Assembly (NCBI GenBank): GCA_963727445.1
Contig: CAVSGI010000010.1
Coordinates: 1,088,001 to 1,152,000, forward strand
From: an uncultured delta proteobacterium
Lineage (GTDB): Bacteria; Myxococcota_A; Polyangia; Polyangiales; B10-G4
Direction of reading: 5' to 3'
DNA: 64,000 nucleotides
Below are positions 23,080 through 34,419 of the stretch, piece after piece; the first letter of the stretch is position 1; each line of letters begins with the position of its first letter. The notes beneath the pieces are model-generated. The model was not told the DNA's origin. It saw only the letters and a list, made by a program, of their open reading frames with translations, and did not search any database. The translations under genes were made by a program, and so were the position numbers.

Positions 23080-23538
23080 ATGCGACGCTCCACTTGGTTT
23101 CTGGCTCCGATGATTCTTCTCATGGCGATGGGCTGCATGTCGCGCAGACCCATCAGCCGGTCTGGCGCCGACGGCGGAACGCCCATGCCCACCGAGGACG
23201 CGGGTGGAACCTACGATGACGGCGGAGTGGTCGGCGACGCCGCCACCTTCGCTGACACCGCGCCGGCCGACAGCGGCACCACGTCGTCCCCCGACACTGG
23301 CACCGGCTCCACCACCGCAGCGTGCACGAGCGACACCTGGTCGGACTGGCCGAGGACGTTCTTCAGCAGCCACTGCACGCGTTGCCATGGCAACCAGCTC
23401 ACCTCGCTCTCGGTCGTTCACGCCAACGAGGGAGTCATCGCTTCGGACATCCGCTCGGGCCGCATGCCACAGGACGAAGTCCTGTCGAGCGCGGACAAGT
23501 CGCGCATCATCACCTGGCTGAACTGCGGCGCGCCGTAA
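23080..23538 (+). CDS. Small monoheme c-type cytochrome lipoprotein
   Basis: Lipobox AMGC; CTRCH heme motif; distal RMP Met ligand; IITWLNCGAP terminus. Confidence 0.7.
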   Translation: MRRSTWFLAPMILLMAMGCMSRRPISRSGADGGTPMPTEDAGGTYDDGGVVGDAATFADTAPADSGTTSSPDTGTGSTTAACTSDTWSDWPRTFFSSHCTRCHGNQLTSLSVVHANEGVIASDIRSGRMPQDEVLSSADKSRIITWLNCGAP

Positions 23539-23544
23539 CAGGCC

Positions 23545-24303
23545 ATGACGGCAGAAGAGCTGGTCCGGGCGTTCGAACCCTGGCGAAAGAAACACGAGCG
23601 GAGTGCGCACGTGCCCGTGGTGGGAGCTGACGCGTCCCGTTCGAGGTTCGGCGGACTGCCGGACATGAGGGCGGAGGAGGCGTGGCCGGTGTGCGGAGAG
23701 TGCGACGAGCCGATGAGCTTCTTCCTCCAGCTCGATCTCTCCGCGCTGCCGGAGCGTGCCGAGCCCGGGCTCTTACAGCTCTTCTACTGCTCGGTCGATG
23801 ACGGCGATTGCGAGGTGTGGGTACCGTTTTCCGATGCGACGCGCGTTCGGATCGTCAGTGGTGAGCTCGAGCGACGTGAGGCTCCCGACGGAGTGACCAC
23901 GTTTCCCGAGAAGTCGATCACGGGATGGAAGCAAGTCGTGGATCGGCCGAACCCACAGGACCACCACGACCTGGGTGTTCGCTACGAATACGACTTCCAG
24001 GCAGGCGAGGTGAGGATCGTCTGTCCGGACATCGACTTCGATGTCGCAGGGCTTGACATCGAAGCATGCTCCGCCGAGGCGATCTCCACCGCACGCGAAG
24101 GAGACAAGCTCTTCGGCTGGCCACATTGGATTCAGGGCGCCGAATACCCCGCCTGCCCCGAGTGCGGCGCGCGAATGGAAGTCCTCCTGCAGATCGACTC
24201 CGAAGACAACATCCCGTACATGTTCGGGGACTCGGGCATCGGGCACATCACCCGGTGCGCAACGCACCCGAACGTGGTCACGTTCGCTTGGGCGTGTTGC
24301 TGA
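23545..24303 (+). CDS. DUF1963 (YwqG-like) protein
   Basis: SRFGGLP, FFLQLDL, GLLQLFYC, DKLFGWPHWIQ, LLQIDSE and MFGDSG motifs. Confidence 0.8.
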   Translation: MTAEELVRAFEPWRKKHERSAHVPVVGADASRSRFGGLPDMRAEEAWPVCGECDEPMSFFLQLDLSALPERAEPGLLQLFYCSVDDGDCEVWVPFSDATRVRIVSGELERREAPDGVTTFPEKSITGWKQVVDRPNPQDHHDLGVRYEYDFQAGEVRIVCPDIDFDVAGLDIEACSAEAISTAREGDKLFGWPHWIQGAEYPACPECGARMEVLLQIDSEDNIPYMFGDSGIGHITRCATHPNVVTFAWACC

Positions 24304-24455
24304 GCCATCCGGCTGCCTCCGCTGACGCCGAACATCTGCGCTGCCTGCTTCTACCCGTAGGGAGCAACCGCAGTAGCCACCCCGATCCTGGACCCGGCTC
24401 CACTCAACCCCTCGGAATCATGCGGATCGGGACGTCGCACGGCTTGCGACCGACC

Positions 24456-24471
24456 TGGCCCGAAGCTCGCA
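24456..24471 (+). promoter_or_regulatory. Putative sigma-54 promoter
   Basis: TGGCCCGAAGCTCGCA has GG-N10-GC spacing just upstream of the GGAGGA RBS. Confidence 0.35.
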
Positions 24472-24498
24472 AGAGCACGCGTCCGGAGGATTGTGCTC

Positions 24499-26202
24499 AT
24501 GAGGTCGCTTCTCACTCTTTTCGTCGCCATGGCCATCGCAGGCGTCGGCGCGGGCTGCGCCAATCAGGGCCCCCTCGCGGACGACGGCAGCAATCCCTTC
24601 CTCGATGTGGACAACGGCAGCAAGGAAGACACCGCCTACCAGAACCCCGACGGGATCGAGGTCGAGGTCGACTTCGAGGCGGACGTCCAGGCGCCGAGCT
24701 ACAAGATCTTCGACGCTCCGGCCGACCTGGGCCAGTACGCCGTCACCTACCTGCGCACCCACGGCGAGTACTACCTGGAGTCCATCGCCGAGGCCGCGAC
24801 CAGCGCCGACCGCGTGGAGTGGCAGGTGAACGGTGAGTGGGTGAGCGCCCAGGACGCGCGCTCGCTGTCACCGGATCAGCTCACTCATTTCCGCATTCGC
24901 GGCATGGACGCAGTGCTGCTCCACTCGGCGTCGAACGACGCGCGCATCGGGGCGGTCACCGAGGTCCCGGTCCCGGTCTCGCCCTACTCCGTGATGGCGG
25001 ACGCCGGCGACAAGTGCGCCGAGCACGACGCGCACCTCGGGCTCTCGCAGTCGATCTACTGGTACATGTGGAAGCCCGATGCGCCCGGCTGCGACGTGGC
25101 GACGCAGCAGGCGACGGTCACCATCACCCAGACCTTCCCCTCACCCGAGCCGCGTTACCCGGAGTACGACCGCCTCGTGGAGGACGGCGTGGTCACGGCG
25201 GTCGTGATCTTCGGCCAGATCGGCGAGGGCGACGTGGAGAACGACTCCGGCGTGTGGGCGCTCCAGCGCATGGCCCGGAACCTCATGCAGGCCGGCTTCG
25301 CCGAAGCGGAAAACGCCCCCCTCGGACGCCGGTTCACGAAGACGGTCGGCGACGTGGAGCTCCAGTACGACCTCTACCCGCCGTCGGTGTTCTCCGGCCT
25401 CGGCGACTACGGCCACTTCGCGAACTTCCAGACGGCGATCTCCGAGCACGAGATCGTCGCCTACGACGGCCACAGCATGCTCGGCGCGAGCGACTTCTGG
25501 GCCCGCCCCGAGTACCCGGGCTTCTACCAGATCTTCCTCTACGGCGGCTGCCTCGGCTACGAGTACTACGTGCAGCCGATCCTCCGCGGCAAGGGCGGCT
25601 GGGACAACGTCGACATCATGTCCTCGGTCGTCGAGGTCTCGGCGGACGCGAACTACTTCGCGGCGCCCGTCCTCGCGAAGCTCGAATGGGCGCTCGCGCA
25701 CGGCAACGCCGCGTCCTGGGCCGACATGCTGCGCGACGTGCGCAGGAGTGTGGGCGACTCCACCTTCGGCGTCTCGGGCGTCGGCGACAACTGCTACACG
25801 CCCTCCGGCTCCCGCTGCGGCAACGCCCCGCCCCCACCGCCCGACGGTGGCGAGACGCACCGCTACGAGAGCACCGAGAGCGTCGACATCCCGGACAACG
25901 ACCCCGCGGGCGTCTCGAGCACCATCGAGGTGACCGACGACGTGGTCGCCAGCGCGGTGAGCGTCGAGATCGACCTCACCCACACCTACGTCGGCGACCT
26001 CCGCATCGAAATCGAGCACGACGGGGCCACCACGACCGTCTGGAGCCAGACCGGCGGCTCGCAGGACGACATCCACCAGACCTTCACCCTCGCGCCCTTC
26101 GCGGGCGCGCAGATGGCCGGCACCTGGAAGCTCACGGTGAGCGACAACGCCGCCATCGACACCGGCACTTTGAACGGCTGGGCCCTCGTCGCCGCGCCCT
26201 GA
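24499..26202 (+). CDS. Lipoprotein with C-terminal proprotein-convertase P domain
   Basis: Lipobox GAGC; SKED motif; C-terminal DIPDNDP...HTYVGDL...GTWKLTVSDNA...GW P-domain; central YDGHS and GC motifs. Confidence 0.75.
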   Translation: MRSLLTLFVAMAIAGVGAGCANQGPLADDGSNPFLDVDNGSKEDTAYQNPDGIEVEVDFEADVQAPSYKIFDAPADLGQYAVTYLRTHGEYYLESIAEAATSADRVEWQVNGEWVSAQDARSLSPDQLTHFRIRGMDAVLLHSASNDARIGAVTEVPVPVSPYSVMADAGDKCAEHDAHLGLSQSIYWYMWKPDAPGCDVATQQATVTITQTFPSPEPRYPEYDRLVEDGVVTAVVIFGQIGEGDVENDSGVWALQRMARNLMQAGFAEAENAPLGRRFTKTVGDVELQYDLYPPSVFSGLGDYGHFANFQTAISEHEIVAYDGHSMLGASDFWARPEYPGFYQIFLYGGCLGYEYYVQPILRGKGGWDNVDIMSSVVEVSADANYFAAPVLAKLEWALAHGNAASWADMLRDVRRSVGDSTFGVSGVGDNCYTPSGSRCGNAPPPPPDGGETHRYESTESVDIPDNDPAGVSSTIEVTDDVVASAVSVEIDLTHTYVGDLRIEIEHDGATTTVWSQTGGSQDDIHQTFTLAPFAGAQMAGTWKLTVSDNAAIDTGTLNGWALVAAP

Positions 26203-26205
26203 GGG

Positions 26206-28530
26206 CTATTCGGCTGGCGCCCGCATCGACAGGTCGCTGACGAGCTCGGTGAGGCGCACGCGCGCCTCCGCGCGCTGTGCCGTCAGATCTGCGAGGCGCG
26301 TGGTGAGCGACTCGCTCTGGGTCGTCGCGTCGCGGAGCCGCGTCTGGAGCTGGCGCCGGAGCTCGGCCGCGCTGGCGCCCGAGCGCTCGATCGAGCGGAG
26401 CGAGGCCTGGAGCTCCGAGAGGCGCTGGCTCGCGACCGCGGACTGCTCGCGGACGTCGCGCAACTGCTCCTCGAGCTCGCCGAGCGCTCGCCGCTTCGTG
26501 AGCACCTCGGTGAGCTGATCGCGGAGCGCGGGCTCGAGGTCGTCCGGGTGGACGTAGGCGTCGAGCACCGTCGACAGATCGTCGACGATACCGACGCGTC
26601 GCTCCGTCGCTCGCCGCTCCTCGAGGACCACTTCGCTGTCCTGGCCCGGGTGAAGCGGCACCGGAATCAGCGTGGTCGCGCCCGACTCCTCGACGCCGGG
26701 CGGCGGGTCGACGAGCTCGTAGCCGTATTGCACTCGGTGCGAGAGCAGGATCTCGTCCGGCGAGTGCCGTCCGACGCGGATCTCGTAGTGGGTCTGGGAG
26801 ACCTGCCAGTCCTCGACCGTCACGACGCCGCGCGCGATCGACACCAGGCGGTTCGGGCGGCGCTCCGCGCTGGTCCGCGCGAGGACCGTGGTCGAGCCGT
26901 CCACGACGTAGGGGACCAGCGTGTTCTCCCCGACGTGCACGGCATCGAGCACGCCTTCGCCGACGAAGGTGCCGCGCGCGTAGAGCGCGACGGTCCCCGG
27001 GACGAGAGACATCCCGCTCGTGTTCTCGACGCGCGCCGCACGGAACGGGTGCAGGTCGCTCTCGGGCGTCGCGTCGTCGGGCCGGTAGAACAGAACGTCA
27101 CGCCCGGGGACGCGCTGGTTCAGGATCGGGACCAGGGTCGAGCTGCCGGCCGGGATCGTCACCGAGCGTGCCATCGTGTAGGCGGTGCCCGTCGAGACGT
27201 CGCTCGGCAACGTCATGGCCCGCGCGCTCCGCTCCATCGTCTCCACCGTGACCGGGCGGGGGCCAGAGGGCGCCGCGGCGCGCCCATCGCTGGGAGCGCC
27301 ACCGCCGGTGTCCGGCTCGTCCTCCGTCATCGCGGCGATCTCGAATTCGACGCGCCGGTTGCGCTCGTGCGCGTCGGCCTCGTTTCGTGGGTCGACCGGT
27401 TGCGTGCTGCCGAAAGGCCGTGTCTGGAGCCGTGACGCGCTCACCCCCCGCGACACGAGCGCATCGCGCACCGCCTCGGCCCGGGCCGCGGAGAGCGCCC
27501 ACCCACCGCGCTCGTTCCTCGCGGCATGCCCCTCGATGACGACCGACGTGATCTGCGGGTTGCCCTGAAGCGTCGCCGCGATCGCGTCGATGATGGGCAG
27601 GCTTCGCTCCCTCACATCCGAGCCCCGATTGGTGAAGTAGACCTTGTCCAGGATGGTCACGGCGGTGTCCTGGATCACGACGCGGCCGCGATCGGGGCAC
27701 CCATCCTCGTCCTCGTAACCGTTGTAGGTCTCCATCTCGTTCGGACACTGGTCGTCCACGTCGAGGATCCGGTCCTGGTCGTTGTCCGGGTCCGGGCAGC
27801 CATCGCTGTCCTCGAACCCGTCCATGTCTTCATCCTCCGTGGGACACTGGTCCTCGGAGTCCGGGATGGCGTCGTGATCGCGGCCGCGCGTCTGTGTCGA
27901 ACGAACGGGCCCGCGCACCACCGGCATGACCATCTCGCCGGTGATGTCCGGCCGCGCCACGAACTGGGGCGAGCGGAGGTCGACGGCGTAGGTGAAGGGG
28001 GCCCCCGTCGCAAGGGTGAGTTGGACGTCGTCCCAGTCCTCCCCCGACGCGTTGTAGACGACCGCCCACGCCTGCAAGAGCGCCTCGTCGCCTTCCTCCG
28101 GGAGCACCACGCGGTAGACGGCGCGCCAAGCCGGTGTGGGCACGGCGTAGGTGACCGTGAGCGCTCGCCCCGAGCCTCCGAGATGCACGTCGACCGTCGT
28201 GGTCTCGTCGAGGTCGGGGGGTGCCTCGTCCGTTTCGTCGTCGTCGTCCTCGCGCGGCTCCGGCTCCGGCGCGGGCTCCGGCACGACCGCGGAGGACGCG
28301 GACGCGCCGTCCTCACCGATGACGGTGAGCGTCTTCATGACGTCGTCGACCTCGTGCGCACGCAGCTTCAAACGCAGGACGTCGCCGTCCGCGCGACCCG
28401 ACCGCTCGAAATAGCCGATGCCGTTCTGGTACAGAACCACGTGCCGCAGTCGCAGCGACTGCCCGGAGCCGCACGCGAACAGCAGGGCCGTCGCGGCGAA
28501 AGTGAGCATCCATCGGTGTGCGCCTGTCAT
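26206..28530 (-). CDS. DUF4139-family lipoprotein with inserted TSP3-like Ca-binding repeats and OmpA C-terminal domain
   Basis: VVLYQNGIGYFER; PAWRAVYR; QAWAVVYNASGEDW; DxDxDxxxDxxDxCP repeats; IEGHA...LSAARAEAV...NRRVEF; C-terminal coiled coil. Confidence 0.8.
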   Translation of the reverse strand: MTGAHRWMLTFAATALLFACGSGQSLRLRHVVLYQNGIGYFERSGRADGDVLRLKLRAHEVDDVMKTLTVIGEDGASASSAVVPEPAPEPEPREDDDDETDEAPPDLDETTTVDVHLGGSGRALTVTYAVPTPAWRAVYRVVLPEEGDEALLQAWAVVYNASGEDWDDVQLTLATGAPFTYAVDLRSPQFVARPDITGEMVMPVVRGPVRSTQTRGRDHDAIPDSEDQCPTEDEDMDGFEDSDGCPDPDNDQDRILDVDDQCPNEMETYNGYEDEDGCPDRGRVVIQDTAVTILDKVYFTNRGSDVRERSLPIIDAIAATLQGNPQITSVVIEGHAARNERGGWALSAARAEAVRDALVSRGVSASRLQTRPFGSTQPVDPRNEADAHERNRRVEFEIAAMTEDEPDTGGGAPSDGRAAAPSGPRPVTVETMERSARAMTLPSDVSTGTAYTMARSVTIPAGSSTLVPILNQRVPGRDVLFYRPDDATPESDLHPFRAARVENTSGMSLVPGTVALYARGTFVGEGVLDAVHVGENTLVPYVVDGSTTVLARTSAERRPNRLVSIARGVVTVEDWQVSQTHYEIRVGRHSPDEILLSHRVQYGYELVDPPPGVEESGATTLIPVPLHPGQDSEVVLEERRATERRVGIVDDLSTVLDAYVHPDDLEPALRDQLTEVLTKRRALGELEEQLRDVREQSAVASQRLSELQASLRSIERSGASAAELRRQLQTRLRDATTQSESLTTRLADLTAQRAEARVRLTELVSDLSMRAPAE

Positions 28531-28589
28531 CTTCGACCCTTCCCGCGCGGGATTGGACACCTTGGGAGAGGCGTCGTCCACCTCTCTGC

Positions 28590-28621
28590 TTGACACCATC
28601 TAGGTTTAGACACAGTCTAAC
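28590..28621 (+). promoter_or_regulatory. Promoter (-35 TTGACA) overlapped by palindromic operator TTAGAC-ACA-GTCTAA
   Basis: TTGACA at 28590-28595; perfect palindrome at 28606-28620 directly before the Fur-family GTG start. Confidence 0.7.
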
Positions 28622-28625
28622 CCTC

Positions 28626-29027
28626 GTGAGGCGTGACGAGTCCGAGCACCTGCGAGCACACGGGATCAACCCCTCGGCCCAGCGAGTGGCGGTGGCGGAG
28701 TACGTGCTGCACACCGACGAGCACCCGTCGGCCGACGAGGTGTGGACGCGCGTGAAGAAGCGCTCGCCGATGGTGTCGCGGGCGACGGTCTACAACACGC
28801 TGAATCTCTTCGTGGAAAAGGGGCTCCTGCGGCAGTTCGTGCTCACGGAGGGCCGAGTGGTCTTCGATCCCAAGACGGAGGACCACCACCACTTCATCGA
28901 TGAGGACACGGGCACCATCTACGACGTCCCCTGGGACGAGCTGAAGGTGTCCAACGTCGCGAAACTCCGGGGCTTCGACGTCCACGAGTATCAGGTCGTC
29001 CTGCGCGGCAAGAAGCGGCGGAGGTGA
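28626..29027 (+). CDS. Fur-family transcriptional regulator (Irr-like)
   Basis: HPSADEV and SRATVYNTLNLF wHTH; FDPKTEDHHHF; no CxxC motifs; directly upstream of katG. Confidence 0.85.
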   Translation: MRRDESEHLRAHGINPSAQRVAVAEYVLHTDEHPSADEVWTRVKKRSPMVSRATVYNTLNLFVEKGLLRQFVLTEGRVVFDPKTEDHHHFIDEDTGTIYDVPWDELKVSNVAKLRGFDVHEYQVVLRGKKRRR

Positions 29028-29057
29028 GGGCGGGCTGGGCCCCCCTTGCTTTTTTTT
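29027..29057 (+). terminator. Putative intrinsic terminator
   Basis: Imperfect GC hairpin AGGGCGGGC-TGG-GCCCCCCTT followed by a T8 run just after the stop. Confidence 0.5.
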
Positions 29058-29065
29058 CACCCGTA

Positions 29066-31319
<2,254 letters not shown>

Positions 31320-31369
31320 GAGTAACCCCGAGCGGGGCGTCGGGCGCGCCGCACACTGTTTGACGGCGT

Positions 31370-32077
31370 CTACGGTGGGATGAGGTTCCCGTCCGGCAGG
31401 ACACGGTAGCGGCGCCCTCGACTCACGACTTCGATGGCGTCCGACGACTGTCGGACGACCGCGTCGAGATCCTCCACGATGAGGCTTCGCTCTGCGCCGC
31501 CGCGGCGCGAACGATAGACGTGTCCCTCCTGGTCGACGAGGACGGTGGCCCGACCGTGGACGAGCACCTGGATGAAGCAGACGCCGCGTGCGGTGAGTCC
31601 GTGTGTCGTCCACGTGGCGCCACCGTCGTCCGTGCTCGCGACCATGCCGTGCGTTCCTGCCGCGACGCCGCGGCCGCTCTCACGATCGAACGACAGGATG
31701 CGAACCGCCACACTGAAATTCCCGCGCGCTCGGCGCCAGCTCTCTCCTTCGTCATCGGTGTAGAAGATCTTCACCGGAGGCGGATAGATGCTCCCATTCG
31801 CCGTCGCGACCAGGTATCGGCCGAGGTGCGGCGCGTGACCCACGGCCGTCACCGCGAAGGGAGCTTCGATTGGCGGTGATGGTTGGCCGTCCAGGAGCGG
31901 GGCGGGTGGGAAGCAGCTCGGTGGCACGCGCGCCACGACGGTGTCGTCGTCGTCGCTCGAGCCGAAAGAAGCGCCGGGCCCTTGCTGCGCCAGAGCGCCC
32001 ACCGGAACGCTCCATCCCAGGACCGCGATCGCACACGCCGACCAGGTGAGCAGGTGGCGCTCGACCTGCCGCCCCAT
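31370..32077 (-). CDS. Secreted protein with BNR/Asp-box repeats
   Basis: Signal peptide; YTDDEGESW and STDDGGATW Asp-boxes. Confidence 0.65.
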   Translation of the reverse strand: MGRQVERHLLTWSACAIAVLGWSVPVGALAQQGPGASFGSSDDDDTVVARVPPSCFPPAPLLDGQPSPPIEAPFAVTAVGHAPHLGRYLVATANGSIYPPPVKIFYTDDEGESWRRARGNFSVAVRILSFDRESGRGVAAGTHGMVASTDDGGATWTTHGLTARGVCFIQVLVHGRATVLVDQEGHVYRSRRGGAERSLIVEDLDAVVRQSSDAIEVVSRGRRYRVLPDGNLIPP

Positions 32078-32194
32078 ACTGACGAGTGTGACACGAATCC
32101 GTCCGGGCGGGCGCGGCGAGTGGTTTCACGACCTCGTACGGTTCTACATCGGCTCACTGCGCTGGGCCGCGTTCGCGCGCTCCTCGGGCCTCCG

Positions 32195-33091
32195 TTAGCC
32201 GTCCGTCACCGCTGCTCGCAGGGCGTGGATGAAGGCCTCTGGCTGATCGCGCGGCGGATCGTCCGCCGCTTCCTCGACAACGTGTAGCGGCCATCCATAG
32301 GCGGCGCTCGCGCGCTCTGCGATGCTCAGGCGCAGCGCCCGATCGTGGCGTCCCCAGATCAGTGAAGCCGGCACGTCGATGCGCGCGAGGTCCTCGGGTG
32401 GGATCCGCGGGATGCCGAGCTTCTTGAACAGCTGTCCCGCCGCCTTCGCCTTGGGGGAACGGGCCAGCTCGAGGTTGTAGGCGGCGAATGTGTCCCAATC
32501 GTCCATGTTGGAGCGCAGCGACTCGAGGTCGTAGGCGCATTGATCCATGAAGCGCGTGTAAGAAAGCTCGGTGGGCCGAGTTGCGAACGCGATGAGCCCG
32601 AACGCGAAGCGCATCGACGGTCGGAAGGGACCGAGGCCCAGCGAGTCGACCAGCACGACCCGTCGAACGCGACCCCCGTGGCTGACGGCGAAGCGCGCGG
32701 CAATCGCTCCGCCGAGCACTTGGCCGACGAGCACGGGAGGCGCATCGCAGGTCTGCGCGATCAACTCGCCGAGCCACGCAGAGATGCGATCGGCGTCCAG
32801 ATCACCGGACCCGACATCGGAGGAGCCATGCGCCGGAAGATCCGGCGCGATGACGCGATACTCCCGCACGAGCTCGGGGATCACCCAACGCCAGTTGACG
32901 GAGCTCTCGCCCGGCCCATGAAGGAGCACCATCGGCGGCCCGTCGCCACCCGTGAGGAAAGCCGTCGAGATTCCCGCGAAGGTGCCTCGCCTCTCTGTCA
33001 CCGGTACGCCGGTCAGGAGAAGGCGCCGAAGGCTCTCACCCCCGGCAGGCTCGGGGATCGCTTGCTGCGCTCGTGCGCTCGAAGACGTCAT
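32195..33091 (-). CDS. Alpha/beta fold hydrolase with atypical catalytic residues
   Basis: VLLHG, APDLPAHG and LIWGRHD; nucleophile elbow is GQVLGG; AADDP where His is usual. Confidence 0.8.
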   Translation of the reverse strand: MTSSSARAQQAIPEPAGGESLRRLLLTGVPVTERRGTFAGISTAFLTGGDGPPMVLLHGPGESSVNWRWVIPELVREYRVIAPDLPAHGSSDVGSGDLDADRISAWLGELIAQTCDAPPVLVGQVLGGAIAARFAVSHGGRVRRVVLVDSLGLGPFRPSMRFAFGLIAFATRPTELSYTRFMDQCAYDLESLRSNMDDWDTFAAYNLELARSPKAKAAGQLFKKLGIPRIPPEDLARIDVPASLIWGRHDRALRLSIAERASAAYGWPLHVVEEAADDPPRDQPEAFIHALRAAVTDG

Positions 33092-33109
33092 GACTCGTCC
33101 TTTCTTTCC

Positions 33110-34319
33110 TCAGCTGGCCACCGCGACGGCGGCGGTCGCGTGGTGACGCGCGGCGATGGCGCCGCTGAGGCGGCGCGCGTCGCGGCCGACGCCGTGGACC
33201 ATGTCGGACGACATCGAGTGAAGGAAGTGCAGGCCGAGGAAGTAGAGGCCGGGCGCCTCGTCGACGATCCCGCTGTGGTGACGCGGGTGGCTGGGGTCGT
33301 CGAAGATCGGCAGAATCGATCCAGGAGAAGGCCGAGTGGAAGCCGCTGCACCAGATGACGTTGGCGACGTCGAGCACTCGACCGTCGTCGAGGCGCGGCT
33401 TACCGGCTGTGACCCCGATGGTGCGACCGACGCGCTCGACGCCCATGCGGCGGAGGTCCTTGGGAAGCACGCGGATCAGCGGCCCCGCGCCCAGGAGCTT
33501 GGGCCGCGCCTTGCGGCCGATCGGGTTGCTCACGCTCAGGACGCGCATGAACAAGACCTTCAAGACGAGGGGGACTCCGATCAGGCGGCCGAACAGGCCG
33601 GCGACGCGGAACGGCAGCTTGCCGGTCGACGGCCCGGACATCCAGATGTGGTGGTGGGGCGACAGCTCCCTGGCCAGCTCGGCGGCCGAGTTGCCGGCGC
33701 CGACCAATAACACCGGCCCGTCCTGCAGCTGTGACGGGTTGCGGTAGTCGGCCGAGTGCAGCTGGGCGATGTCGTCCGATAGCTCGCCGGCAAAATCCGG
33801 GATGGTCGGGCGCTGGCAGTGGGCCGTGGCGACAACGACCTGATCGGCCTCCAGGCGGCGCTCACCGGCGTCGACGACGTAGCGATCTCCGCGTCGCGAC
33901 AACCGCTCGACGCGGACGCCGGTCACGACTGGTAGCGAGAAATGCTCGGCGTAGGACTCGAGGTAATCGGCCATCTCGTCCTTGGTCGGGAAATAGTGGG
34001 GGGGCGCCGGGAATGGCATGCCGTCGAGGCCGTCGTAGCGGGCTGGCGTGAACAACCGCAGCGAGTCCCACCGCTTGCGCCAGGCGTCACCGATCCGCGG
34101 GTTGGCGTCGAGGATGACGAAGCGCAAGTCCTGTTGCGCCAGGTAGTAGCCGATCGACAGACCGGCCTGGCCGGCGCCGATTACGATGACGTGGTAGCGA
34201 TCCGTGCCGCCGGATCCGATCGCGCGCGGCGGGGTCGGTTCGGACAGCTCGGCGAAGGCGGCGCCCGGCTCGACGAGGCGGGCACCCGTATTGCGTTCGG
34301 GGTCGGTGCGTGTGTCCAT
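33110..34319 (-). pseudogene. Flavin-containing monooxygenase / NAD(P)-FAD oxidoreductase with a +1 frameshift near 33314 (possibly a sequencing error)
   Basis: GAGQAG, RWDSLRLFTP, LHSADY, GAGNS and IWCSGF; removing one T from GATTCTG restores IDLPIF...PGLYFLG...HGVGRDA to the stop at 33110. Confidence 0.8.
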
Positions 34320-34390
34320 GTCGACACCGTAGGTCGCCGCACCCGGGCCCCGCTTCGGCACAATCCCCCAATTTTCATGAGGATTGGCAA

Positions 34391-34406
34391 TGGGTAGTTG
34401 TACCCA
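34391..34406. promoter_or_regulatory. Palindrome TGGGTA-GTTG-TACCCA, candidate LuxR operator
   Basis: Perfect 6-bp arms between the LuxR gene end and the monooxygenase start. Confidence 0.55.
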
Positions 34407-34419
34407 GCGGCATCCCCCG

